NCBI GenBank assembly: GCA_965218785.1
Contig: OZ244650.1
Coordinates: 604,110-668,109, forward strand
Direction: 5' to 3'
Source of the DNA: Nitrosopumilus sp.
Lineage (GTDB): Archaea > Thermoproteota > Nitrososphaeria > Nitrososphaerales > Nitrosopumilaceae
Length of the DNA: 64,000 bases
The notes under the pieces were generated by a model that did no database searches, was not told the DNA's origin, and was given only the letters and a program-made list of their open reading frames with translations. The position numbers were made by a program, and so were the translations under genes. Numbering within the stretch: the first letter of the stretch is position 1; the number at the start of each line of letters is the position of its first letter. Shown here piece after piece: positions 27,698 to 38,520 of this stretch.

Positions 27698-29650
27698 TTG
27701 AAACGTTCATCCAGCTTTGAGCTAGTGTCTGATTATATTCCCACCGGGGACCAGCCACAGGCAATTGACACACTAGTCGCCGGCGTGAAAAGAAAGACCG
27801 TGCAAACACTGATTGGAGTTACAGGAAGTGGCAAGACTTTTTCAGTTGCAAATGTTATTGCCAGAACAGGAAAAAACACCCTGGTAATATCCCACAACAA
27901 GACCCTTGCAGCCCAGCTTTATTCGGAATTAAAGCAGTTTTTCCCAAAAAACAACGTTGGTTATTTTGTATCATACTATGATTACTATCAGCCTGAAAGT
28001 TACCTCCCACAAACTGATACATACATTGAAAAAGACACCCAGATCAACGAGAAAATTGAAAAATTAAGACTAGAGGCAACTGCCATGCTGCTTTCAGGAG
28101 AGCCTACAATAATCGTATCCACCGTATCCTGTATCTACTCACTTGGAAATCCACGGGACTGGAATGACATGGCAATTACAATTGGCACCGGTGATGAAAT
28201 TAAGCGAGATAATATAATTAGAAAGCTCGTTGATGCCAGATATGAAAGAAACGACACTGAAATCATACCGGGACGCTTCAAAGTGAAAGGCGATACAATC
28301 AGTGTCATTCCTGCGTATTCTGAGGATATAGTTAAAATCTCAATGTTTGGAGATGAGGTTGAAAAAATCACCCTGCTTGATCCCGTCTCATCAAAAGAAA
28401 AACAAAAAATTCCACAAATCAGAATTTATCCTGCCAAACACTATCTTATTGCAAAGGACGTTCGAAAAAAGGCAGTCAAATCAATCAAAGCGGAATTAAA
28501 AAACCATTTACCACAACTAAATGAATTGGAAAATCAGCGACTTGAGATGCGGACAAACTATGATTTGGAAATGATTGAAGAGCTGGGTTACTGTTCTGGA
28601 ATCGAAAACTACTCCAGACACTTTGATGGAAGAAGACCCGGAGAAAAGGCATTCTGCCTGATGGATTTTTTCGGTGATGACTATCTCCTAGTCATCGACG
28701 AATCCCACGTGACATTGCCACAGCTTCACGGAATGTACAAGGGGGATCATTCCAGAAAAAAAGAGCTTGTAACATACGGATTCAGACTGCCAAGTGCATA
28801 TGACAACCGTCCATTAAAATTCGAGGAATTTGAAAAATACATTCAAAATACGATATTTGTATCTGCCACTCCCGCAGAATATGAGAAAAAAACATCCTCA
28901 AAAATCGCCGAGCAACTAGTCAGACCTACGGGCCTGCTTGATCCCATCATCGAGGTTAGATCAACTAAAAACCAGCTCGATGATCTAATCCTGGAGATCA
29001 ACAAAAGGGCAGAAAACTCTGAGCGCGTTCTAGTCACCACCCTTACTAAAAGAATGGCAGAGGATTTGGCTGAATATCTCTCAAAAAAACAAGTCAGGGT
29101 CCGGTACATGCACTCAGAGATAGAGGGATTGCAAAGGACCGAGATAATCCGGCAGCTGCGCCTAGGCGAGTTTGACGTGCTAGTTGGCATCAACCTTCTT
29201 CGTGAAGGATTGGATATTCCAGAGGTCTCCTTAGTGGCAATTTTAGATGCAGACAAGGAGGGGTTTTTACGAAATTTTACCAGCCTTATCCAGACATGCG
29301 GCCGCGCTTCAAGAAATAAAAACGGATCTGTAATAATGTATGCTGATACCACGACACAGTCCATGAAAAACACCATGGATGAGACCAGACGCCGTAGGAA
29401 AAAACAAATCTGCTGGAATCAGGAGCATGATATCACTCCCAGAACCATCATAAAATCCGTCCCAGAACAGGTTACAGCACTAGATGATTCAAAGCTGAAA
29501 TCTGTCCATGATCTCAATACTGATATCATTGATTTGGAGGCACAGATGACAACATATTCTATTGATTTGGATTTTGAGCGGGCAATAGAATGTCGGGATA
29601 GAATAAAAAGACTGAACAAGGAGATTGCATTCAAAGTTGGCAGAAAATAA
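27698..29650 (+). CDS. uvrB: Excinuclease ABC subunit B
   Basis: [25 protein letters not shown] beta-hairpin, [14 protein letters not shown]. Confidence 0.97.
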   Translation: MKRSSSFELVSDYIPTGDQPQAIDTLVAGVKRKTVQTLIGVTGSGKTFSVANVIARTGKNTLVISHNKTLAAQLYSELKQFFPKNNVGYFVSYYDYYQPESYLPQTDTYIEKDTQINEKIEKLRLEATAMLLSGEPTIIVSTVSCIYSLGNPRDWNDMAITIGTGDEIKRDNIIRKLVDARYERNDTEIIPGRFKVKGDTISVIPAYSEDIVKISMFGDEVEKITLLDPVSSKEKQKIPQIRIYPAKHYLIAKDVRKKAVKSIKAELKNHLPQLNELENQRLEMRTNYDLEMIEELGYCSGIENYSRHFDGRRPGEKAFCLMDFFGDDYLLVIDESHVTLPQLHGMYKGDHSRKKELVTYGFRLPSAYDNRPLKFEEFEKYIQNTIFVSATPAEYEKKTSSKIAEQLVRPTGLLDPIIEVRSTKNQLDDLILEINKRAENSERVLVTTLTKRMAEDLAEYLSKKQVRVRYMHSEIEGLQRTEIIRQLRLGEFDVLVGINLLREGLDIPEVSLVAILDADKEGFLRNFTSLIQTCGRASRNKNGSVIMYADTTTQSMKNTMDETRRRRKKQICWNQEHDITPRTIIKSVPEQVTALDDSKLKSVHDLNTDIIDLEAQMTTYSIDLDFERAIECRDRIKRLNKEIAFKVGRK

Positions 29651-32462
29651 ACTAAGGATTCGCGGTGCGCGACACCACAATCTGAAAAATTTGGACGTTG
29701 ATATCCCGAAAAACAACCTAGTTGTAATAAGCGGGCTGTCAGGTTCTGGAAAATCCACACTTGCTTTTGATACCATCTATGCGGAGGGTCAAAGACGGTA
29801 TGTGGAGTCCCTTTCCTCATATGCCCGCCAGTTTCTAGAAATGATGGACAAGCCGGATGTTGACTCCATCGAGGGTCTCTCACCTGCAATATCCATCCAG
29901 CAAAAAACCACCAGCAAGAACCCGCGCTCCACTGTTGGCACCACCACAGAAATTTATGATTACATGAGATTGCTTTTTGCACGAATTGGAATTCCTTATT
30001 GCACAAACTGCAAAAGAAAAATCTCCACCCAGTCAATTGAAACAATCTGTGATTCTGTTCTCAAGGATTTCAAGGGAAGGAAGATCCTTGTCCTATCGCC
30101 CATAATCCGGAGAAAAAAGGGGACGTATGAGAAACTATTTGAGCAGATCAAAAAGGACGGATACTCTAGAATCCGCCTAAACGGGCAGGTTTTAAACCTG
30201 GATGAGGAGATTCCGCCATTAGACAGGCAAAAATGGCATAACATCGAGATTGTAGTTGACAGAATCACGGCTGAAAAATCCGAGCGCTCCAGACTCTTTG
30301 AAGCAATACAGACTGCCATCAAGGCATCAAAGGGGGATGTGATGATTGCATTTGAAAAAACGGAAAAAATCTTCTCACAAAACAACGCCTGTCCCTACTG
30401 CGGTTTGACTGTGGGGGAACTAGAACCCAGAACTTTTTCGTTTAATTCGCCGTTTGGCATGTGTAATACCTGTAATGGATTGGGTGTAAAGATGGAGTTT
30501 GATGCAGATCTGGTGATACCTGATAAGACAAAGTCGATTTTAGATGGCGCAATAGTTCCTTGGAGCGGAAGATTCTCCTCATTTAGAAGACAGGCACTAA
30601 GAACCGTTGGTAAAAAATTCGGGTTTGATCTAATGACCCCGATTGAAAAAATAAAACCAAGGCATCTTGATATCATCCTGTCTGGCACGGATGATCTAAT
30701 TGATTTTAAATACCGCTCAAAATCCGGAGATTCATCCTGGCAATCCACTAACGCCTTTGAGGGAGTGCTTGCAAACCTTCAGCGTGTCTTCATGGAGACT
30801 GACTCTGAATCAAAACGTGAATGGTTAAAACAGTTCATGAGGGATACCCCCTGCACCACCTGTACCGGCAAAAAACTAAGGGCAGAATCACTTGCAGTCA
30901 AAATCAGCAATAACGGAATCATGGATGTATGTGACATGTCCATTGACAACTGTTATGACTTTTTTTCTACGTTAAAGCTGACTGAAACCGAACAGTACAT
31001 CGCAAGGGATGTTCTAAAGGAGATAAAAGAGCGGCTGGAGTTTCTGATGAATGTCGGATTAAACTATCTCACATTAAACAGATCAAGTGCCACATTATCT
31101 GGAGGTGAATCACAGCGAATCAGACTGGCAACGCAGATCGGCTCCAATCTGACTGGCGTCCTGTACGTTCTTGACGAGCCGACAGTTGGCCTGCATCAGC
31201 GTGACAATCAAAGACTCATTAAAACGCTAACAAAGCTGCGGGACCTTGGAAATACCGTGATAGTTGTGGAGCATGACGAAGAAATCATACGAAATTCCGA
31301 CTGGATAGTCGATTTGGGTCCCGGTGCCGGGGTACACGGCGGTAATGTGGTTTTTGAAGGCACCATAGATAAAATTCTTGATGGGCACAAGTCAGTTACC
31401 GGCAACTATCTAAAGAATCACTCCCTGATACATCTGAAAAACAAGATACGAAACCGCGACTGTCCTAACTCAATAATCATCAAAAAGGCATCAGAAAACA
31501 ATCTTAAAAACATTAATGTTGAAATCCCCCTTGGACTATTCGTCTCAGTTACCGGGGTTTCTGGTTCTGGAAAATCGACTCTGATAAACGACATACTGCT
31601 AAAGTCCCTGCAGAATCATTTTTACAAATCAAATGTGAGGCCTGGAACCCACAAGGAGATCACCGGTTTGGAGAACATTGACAAGGTAATTGCAATAGAT
31701 CAATCCCCGATTGGCAGGACGCCGCGCTCCAATCCTGCAACATACATCGGTGCATTTACCCCCATCAGGGAACTTTATGCAGGTACCGAATTATCAAAAG
31801 AACGGGGATATGCCCCCGGACAGTTCTCCTTTAATGTGGCCAACGGAAGGTGCTTTGCCTGTGACGGTGACGGTGTAAAACAAATTGAAATGCAGTTTCT
31901 CTCTGATGTCTATGTAAAGTGTGACGAATGCAAGGGAAAACGGTACAACTCTGAGACACTTTCTGTGTTGTACAAGGGCAAAAACATCTCTGATATATTG
32001 GATATGACAGTTTATGAGGCATTAAATTTCTTTGAGAATATTCCTGCAATAAAACGGAAATTAGAGACTGTCTATGATGTTGGATTGGGCTACATCAAAC
32101 TGGGGCAGTCCTCAACTACATTGTCTGGCGGCGAGGCCCAAAGAGTAAAGCTCGCATCAGAGTTATCAAAGCGGGGAACCGGAAAAACCCTCTACATCCT
32201 AGATGAGCCCACCACCGGACTTCATTTTGCAGACGTTCAAAAACTATTAGACGTACTAAACCGATTGACAAATCTGGGAAATACGGTGGTGGTAATCGAG
32301 CATAACATGGATGTGATTAAGAACTCTGACTGGCTAATTGATCTTGGACCGGAGGGCGGTGAGAAGGGAGGGTATGTCGTATCTGTTGGAACCCCACGGG
32401 ATGTGGCCCGGTCCACTGCAAGTTATACCGGGAAATATCTAAAGAAACTATTGAAAAAATGA
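29637..32462 (+). CDS. uvrA: Excinuclease ABC subunit A
   Basis: Two ABC cassettes ([21 protein letters not shown]) and Zn fingers; TTG start at 29637 likely. Confidence 0.97.
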   Translation: MAENKLRIRGARHHNLKNLDVDIPKNNLVVISGLSGSGKSTLAFDTIYAEGQRRYVESLSSYARQFLEMMDKPDVDSIEGLSPAISIQQKTTSKNPRSTVGTTTEIYDYMRLLFARIGIPYCTNCKRKISTQSIETICDSVLKDFKGRKILVLSPIIRRKKGTYEKLFEQIKKDGYSRIRLNGQVLNLDEEIPPLDRQKWHNIEIVVDRITAEKSERSRLFEAIQTAIKASKGDVMIAFEKTEKIFSQNNACPYCGLTVGELEPRTFSFNSPFGMCNTCNGLGVKMEFDADLVIPDKTKSILDGAIVPWSGRFSSFRRQALRTVGKKFGFDLMTPIEKIKPRHLDIILSGTDDLIDFKYRSKSGDSSWQSTNAFEGVLANLQRVFMETDSESKREWLKQFMRDTPCTTCTGKKLRAESLAVKISNNGIMDVCDMSIDNCYDFFSTLKLTETEQYIARDVLKEIKERLEFLMNVGLNYLTLNRSSATLSGGESQRIRLATQIGSNLTGVLYVLDEPTVGLHQRDNQRLIKTLTKLRDLGNTVIVVEHDEEIIRNSDWIVDLGPGAGVHGGNVVFEGTIDKILDGHKSVTGNYLKNHSLIHLKNKIRNRDCPNSIIIKKASENNLKNINVEIPLGLFVSVTGVSGSGKSTLINDILLKSLQNHFYKSNVRPGTHKEITGLENIDKVIAIDQSPIGRTPRSNPATYIGAFTPIRELYAGTELSKERGYAPGQFSFNVANGRCFACDGDGVKQIEMQFLSDVYVKCDECKGKRYNSETLSVLYKGKNISDILDMTVYEALNFFENIPAIKRKLETVYDVGLGYIKLGQSSTTLSGGEAQRVKLASELSKRGTGKTLYILDEPTTGLHFADVQKLLDVLNRLTNLGNTVVVIEHNMDVIKNSDWLIDLGPEGGEKGGYVVSVGTPRDVARSTASYTGKYLKKLLKK

Positions 32463-34045
32463 CTTTTGATATCTCCAAAACTGCAATTCCCGTCTCCCCT
32501 GGAATATACCTGATGAGGGATTCTGATGAAAATATCATCTATATTGGCAAGGCAAAGAATCTGAAAAACCGTGTAAGATCATATTTCCTGAAAAACCAGA
32601 ACTACAAAACCCAGAAACTAGTAGAAAACATCTCTGATATTGAATTTGTCCTGACTAATAATGAAAGCGAGGCATTTCTTTTGGAATCAAACATGATAAA
32701 AAAACACCGCCCTAAATTCAACATTGAATTAAAAGATCAGCAAAGATACACATATCTTCGAATTTCTGATGAAAAATACCCCAGACTGCTGGTGGCCAGA
32801 AGGACCAGGGATGGAAGATTTTTAGGCAAAGGTCAGACATTCGGACCGTTTACCCAGGGCAGCTCCAAACTGCTTACAATTGGCACGCTAAGAAAGGCAT
32901 TTCAAATTAGAATCTGCAAGACCCTTCCAAAAAAGGTGTGTCTGGAATACCATCTGGGGAACTGTGAGGGTCCGTGTGAATTCAAAGACGCACAAAAAAG
33001 GTACCCCCAGCACGTTGCCGCACTAGGAGACGTTCTAAAGGGGAAAAACCAGGCCCGAATTTTTGCCAAAAAGCTAGAAGAAGAGATGCGTAATGCCGCT
33101 AAAATCCAGCAGTTTGAGCGTGCAAAAGACATACGTGATACCCTGATCCGGCTTGCAAGTCTTCAGACCAAACAAAACATGGAATATGTAAAAAACTCTG
33201 ATGAGGAATATTTTGGCATACAGATACAGGAGCACTCTGCCACAATCATGAATTTCAGGATGATTCACGGCGTGATTCGAGACAGTGACAAGTTCTTTTT
33301 TGATCTAGTCGGGGACAACTCTTTTTCAAACTTTCTTTATCAGTATTACACCACACATACAATCCCGAAATTCATCCTTGTAAACACGATTCCCGGTAAT
33401 TACAAATTACTGGAATCCCTGCTTTCTGAACAGGCCGGATTCACCGTCAGAATCCAGGTTCCCGCCCGTGGGAAGAAAAAAGACATCCTGAATCTGATTT
33501 TAAAAAATATCAAGCTGATTCATTCAAAAGGTGGAGATCCCGGAGTGGCAGAATTAAAGGAGATACTAGGCATGTCTGTGACACCCAGGGTCATTGAATG
33601 TTTTGATATCTCAAACCATGGTGCGGACTTTGCAGTGGGGTCTATGGCCAGGTTTGTAGACGGGCAGCCAAACAAATCAGGATACAGAAGATTCAAAATC
33701 AGGACCGTATCTGGCAGAGACGACTATGCAATGATTGGGGAGATTATCAAGCGAAGATATTATCGGTTACTGGAGGAAAACTCGGAGCTTCCTGATCTGA
33801 TTGTAATAGACGGCGGCCGGGGGCAGCTAAACGCAGCTTTGAGATCCCTAGAATCACTTGGATTGGATCTTCCGTGTATTTCATTGGCCAAAGAAAATGA
33901 GGAGGTATTTGCCCCGAGGAGCAAAAACCCCATAGTAATTCCGAAAAACAAACCCTCCTTGAAAATCTTACAGCATGCCCGGGATGAGACTCATAGATTT
34001 GGAGTCGCATACAATAGAACCATTAGAAAAAACAAAATAAAATAA
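32459..34045 (+). CDS. uvrC: Excinuclease ABC subunit C
   Basis: GIY-YIG (GIYLM..YIGKAKNL), CFDISN, IDGGRGQL, DETHRF. Confidence 0.95.
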   Translation: MTFDISKTAIPVSPGIYLMRDSDENIIYIGKAKNLKNRVRSYFLKNQNYKTQKLVENISDIEFVLTNNESEAFLLESNMIKKHRPKFNIELKDQQRYTYLRISDEKYPRLLVARRTRDGRFLGKGQTFGPFTQGSSKLLTIGTLRKAFQIRICKTLPKKVCLEYHLGNCEGPCEFKDAQKRYPQHVAALGDVLKGKNQARIFAKKLEEEMRNAAKIQQFERAKDIRDTLIRLASLQTKQNMEYVKNSDEEYFGIQIQEHSATIMNFRMIHGVIRDSDKFFFDLVGDNSFSNFLYQYYTTHTIPKFILVNTIPGNYKLLESLLSEQAGFTVRIQVPARGKKKDILNLILKNIKLIHSKGGDPGVAELKEILGMSVTPRVIECFDISNHGADFAVGSMARFVDGQPNKSGYRRFKIRTVSGRDDYAMIGEIIKRRYYRLLEENSELPDLIVIDGGRGQLNAALRSLESLGLDLPCISLAKENEEVFAPRSKNPIVIPKNKPSLKILQHARDETHRFGVAYNRTIRKNKIK

Positions 34046-34064
34046 TAAAAAAGGAAGGTTTTGG

Positions 34065-34655
34065 TTAGCTGACTGTAACACTACCAATCATCCATGGATG
34101 AACTATGCAGAAATAATCATAGCTGCCTGAATCCTCAAAGGTCTGTGACCAGGGATCAGCTGCTGGCAACATTAGATCACTGTGAAATACCTCTAATTTT
34201 GCATCTGTTGCTATTCCCGCACTTACTGTGTGCACTGCTGTGTCGGCGTTGGTCCATGTTACTGTATCTCCAGCGTTAATTGTGATATCTGCTGGTATGT
34301 AGCATTCGTTGGTTTCCTGACATCCTTGAACACTTGTACCTAGTGGAATCTCGACATCATGTGTTTGTGGTCCTGTTGATTTTTCAGTCTTTTTCATAAC
34401 CACGTCTTCACCAAACTCAATACTGGATCCTTCCATGATCATACCATCTGTCATCATTGCATCTTTTTCTTTAATGTCAACCTTCGACTCTTCATATGGG
34501 TCTGTTTGGGTGTCTTGCTCCAAAGTTCTAGTTGGTTCATCTAGAGAAGTATATGATGACGTATCTTGTGTGGAATCTCCATATAATGCAATTCCTACAC
34601 CTATGGCGGCAATTGCAATACTAAATACAACTGCTGCCTTGTCTATACTTGCCAT
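34065..34655 (-). CDS. Membrane-anchored cupredoxin (plastocyanin/azurin family)
   Basis: N-terminal TM segment; Cu ligands in VHTV and YFCIVHPWM. Confidence 0.88.
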   Translation of the reverse strand: MASIDKAAVVFSIAIAAIGVGIALYGDSTQDTSSYTSLDEPTRTLEQDTQTDPYEESKVDIKEKDAMMTDGMIMEGSSIEFGEDVVMKKTEKSTGPQTHDVEIPLGTSVQGCQETNECYIPADITINAGDTVTWTNADTAVHTVSAGIATDAKLEVFHSDLMLPAADPWSQTFEDSGSYDYFCIVHPWMIGSVTVS

Positions 34656-34824
34656 AATTGATCCATGACTTGTTATATGCTAAATAAATCTAATCCTTAT
34701 TATCGTGTGTATAATTCCATTTTTACACCCATCTGGGGCAGATACTTGGAAAATATCAAAAAATTTGATTTATGGAAAAATCAACGTCAGGGGATGAGGG
34801 GGGATGGGGATAGGTACAGGGCAG

Positions 34825-35180
34825 GAACTGGAGAGAAACAAAAACGTGGTCTCATGGGTTAAAAACGATTATATCGGATTTGTCATAAGATGTCTGTATA
34901 ACGGAATACTGCATATTATTATCCAGATTTTCTGATTCGACTAAAGAACAGTGTAATGCTGGTTCTTGAGATCAAGGGAATTGATGACAATCAGAACAAG
35001 GAAAAGCGCAGATATCAAGAGGGATGGATAGATATGGTAAATGAGGACGGCAGGTATGGCACCTGGATGTTGGGATGCTGCGTTCCATCCAAAAAATTCG
35101 AGGAATAATTGACAAGCACAACAAGACTCAAGTGTCAGCCAACGAATACCAAATGTCTCAAATGTGGTAAGGTGGGGATC
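34825..35180 (+). pseudogene. C-terminal nuclease fragment of a type III restriction (Res) subunit
   Basis: ELERNKNVVSWVKND.IGF, frameshift, then YYPDFLIRL...LVLEIKG...W...VNEDGRYGTW (PD-(D/E)xK). Confidence 0.7.
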
Positions 35181-35809
35181 CAGCTAGAATGAGACCACTT
35201 GCATACATACACTTTTTGAGTTGCGACTGTAAAAACATGCAAAAAATGTTCTTATTTAGAAAGATTCACTCTAATCATTTGTTGGTAAAATAATCCATTT
35301 TATACTTTAAAATTTCAACAAATGATTCAAGATCTTTGATTTCTACAACATTAAACATGAGTCATCTGTTGGAAAATATCCCTATGGTTGTATAATTTTG
35401 GGGATATCTGATGCATCCGATGAATCGTTAATGAATTTTACGTCGTTGGTGGTATCGACAAGCTGTGTTACAGAGGTCAACCCAATGATGTCTCTTCATA
35501 TTTGTGCATTATCACTTTTAGTTCCGCTATAGTATAATCTGTTTTGTACTTATTACCAGTCAATTTCTACCCGATATTATCCAAGTTTTTATATAAATGA
35601 GTTATGCGTAATCGATCCCAGACGGTAACATTCCGAATGTATAACCTGAAATCAACCACATATTGAGATGCTCCACATACAAAATAAAAATTTATACAAA
35701 AATTTCTGATTTTTTACAAGATTTGATGTTTGATGTACAGAATCAAGTACGGCATGTGCAGGTGATACAGAAAAATGATCCATATATTTCTGAATATGTA
35801 GTTTTAGCA

Positions 35810-36745
35810 TTACTTTGTAGATGGTAATACTCTTACATACGCATTGCCGTTGTGATTTTCAATAATCTTCACAATTTTAGTTTGCTGAAACGTGATATTG
35901 GTTGCATGGAATACTGATAATACCAAGTCCTGAAGTCTTTGATCATCTTCCAGATCAATAATTTTTAGTCCTAAATCTTTGCCTGTACTTCTTACTATGT
36001 GCCTGGAATGACTCTTGAAAACACCATGTGATGAGAGTGTCTTTGCTATACTGTGTCCTCTTGATTCTGCATCTGGTTCATTACCGAACATGTATGTTTT
36101 CAGCCAACGTCCCACAAGATCTTCGGATAATTGTATCGCATTACTACATTGTTGGATCAATCCGGGGCTGTATTGACTCAATAATGGTAGCCATGCACCC
36201 ATCTTTTCTGGCTCATTTTTGGAAATCTTTTGAGCTGCTGTAAACTCATCTAGTATTACTTGTGCTGGCGTCATTTTTATTCCAAATTGAGTTGGAAGTA
36301 ATAACTGCGGATCAATTGGACCCAATGATGATTGTTTTCCCATTACCAATTGATTGGATGAGCATGCAAGCATGGTGGCAGCTGACATGGCTGCTTGTGG
36401 TATTATAACCCGTATATCATCAAATTTTTCACGCAGATACAACACAATTGATTCTACTGCCTCGGCAGAACCACCTGGACTGTGTAGTATTAAGTCTAAT
36501 TCTTTGGTCTTCAAACCATACACTGTTTCCATAAATCCCTGTAGATCTTCATTTGTTATTGAAAATACACCGGCAACAGATCCTGCCGAAGGAGATGTCC
36601 AATTGGATGCATACAAGATTGTATTTCTTTTTGTATATTGATTTAATTCGATTAGATATTTGCGGCGTATATTGTCAAAAGGTGGCTTGCCTGTTGTTTT
36701 AATAGATTCCTGAACCTCACTTAATATTTCTCCCCAGCTTGGCAT
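35810..36745 (-). CDS. SDH-family ClpP-fold serine protease (DUF114-like)
   Basis: LDLILHSPGG, AMSAATMLA (Ser), LGPIDPQ (Asp), FKSHSRHI (His). Confidence 0.85.
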   Translation of the reverse strand: MPSWGEILSEVQESIKTTGKPPFDNIRRKYLIELNQYTKRNTILYASNWTSPSAGSVAGVFSITNEDLQGFMETVYGLKTKELDLILHSPGGSAEAVESIVLYLREKFDDIRVIIPQAAMSAATMLACSSNQLVMGKQSSLGPIDPQLLLPTQFGIKMTPAQVILDEFTAAQKISKNEPEKMGAWLPLLSQYSPGLIQQCSNAIQLSEDLVGRWLKTYMFGNEPDAESRGHSIAKTLSSHGVFKSHSRHIVRSTGKDLGLKIIDLEDDQRLQDLVLSVFHATNITFQQTKIVKIIENHNGNAYVRVLPSTK

Positions 36746-36747
36746 TT

Positions 36748-36930
36748 CTAACTAGTGGAATTTGTGGTTATTATTCCTTGATAATTTGTTCTGAAAATGA
36801 TATTATGTTTCTTCATATACTCTTCATATCTTGATTGCAGTTCTAATAATTCATTTATACCTGCATGTTTTTTTGCCTGTTCAAATAGTTCGTCAAAACT
36901 TGGATTTTTATCCTCAATCTCATTTTCCAT
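36748..36930 (-). CDS. Small ORF coupled to the SDH protease
   Basis: 60 aa; stops 2 bp before the protease ATG; ends GIITTNSTS. Confidence 0.6.
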   Translation of the reverse strand: MENEIEDKNPSFDELFEQAKKHAGINELLELQSRYEEYMKKHNIIFRTNYQGIITTNSTS

Positions 36931-38520
36931 ACTAGATAGATGTGTTGTTGGTAAAAAAAGGTTTCAATTCATGATTGATATCGTTATGATTAAAAAAAAT
37001 TAATAGGAATATTGTAGGCGTCCCAATCGCCTCTGTCATCATTACTACAAAGCAGACATGGCGGATTTGGCAAATACCAAAAAGGTGAAGGCAAAATAGC
37101 ATCTAATTATGCAAACGCGGATTTGGCAGTAAAAGCAATGTTGAAATTCGTTGAAAAAAGAGCAAATAGATAAGATAGTTTCCCTTTTAATATTTTTAAA
37201 GCGCACTTTGCAAATCACAGAGTTTGATACTGATTAATTCTTAAAGTAATTCAAAATACCAAACAAACATCTCAAGAATTAGAAAAAAATGCAAAAATCA
37301 GGATCCGATAACTGCCTTACGCCGGAAAGCACCCGAGAATCCTCGTTATGATCCATTACAAAAGACGGAATTCAGTTTTTTAGAGCATGTGAGAAATTCA
37401 ATGCAGATACATGTGTCGTATATTGAGGAATTAAACAGAGCGGGGTCAAATTGCAGTAATCTTGGATGGGGCGCCACAGCATCGTGCAAAAGATGTCAGG
37501 AAATTTTTTTTTTAAGAAAAAAAACCCAAACGTCAAATTAATTATCCTCCAAAATCCCTTCTCTGAATACAGTAGAGTGCTGGCATCAGGCAAAGCGTTT
37601 GCCGGTCTAATATCGTGCGTCAATCTCCAATATGCATTGTTTCCAAATATTTTAGAACGGTGAGATTCTGCCTGGATGCTGAAAATATCTGTGCAGAGTT
37701 TCCGATATTTGCCTCATAAACATTTGATTATCACTATGCCCAAATACAATGCTGACAGGTGACATCAATGCAAAAATTATACATAAAAAAACAATCCTAT
37801 AACACTGCTGTTGGTACCGGTGTAGGTATGGCATACCGTTTATGGAAAAACAAACAAAGTTACAGGAAAAATTTGAAAAAGCGCTGAATGAACATGTGAG
37901 GCACTGCAAATATCCTGCAGTCAAGGAGGATATCGGGGTATTGACAGTTGAATGCCTAAATGGTCTCAGTCACGAATTCCGGAAACTGCCTGGGTCCGAA
38001 TTGCAAAATCAAACCAAATTACAGAGACGCAGCATGGTCAACTGATTGGAAATTTATCCTGCTGAATTTTTATTCGGTGAGGTCTTGATAATGCTCTTTC
38101 AGACATTGGACCAGTTCCTGTATTTTGACCCGTGTTAACTGACGTGACTTGCCCCAAAAAATAAGACCGGTGATCATCATGGGTCTGACTGTCCCTGACT
38201 TGGCTCATTTTTCATATTTATGGGACGATTCAAAATACAGCAAGAAATTTTCAACAGACAGATTTGAATCTGAAGATCCGTATTTATACCTCATGCCTAG
38301 TAGCACGGTAACTTGGATCTTTTTTTGATCGCCTCAAATCCAATCCTTGAAAACACCCTAATTACGTGCAATAAAAACACCATAAATTACCCATATGGTC
38401 AGAGAATACTTTTTAAACTGCATTTATTATCAAAAACACAGGTAAATAAAACATGATAAATATGACGGAGGTGGGGAACACCGTATTGACACTTGGTGGT
38501 AATGACCCATTTGATGCCAT

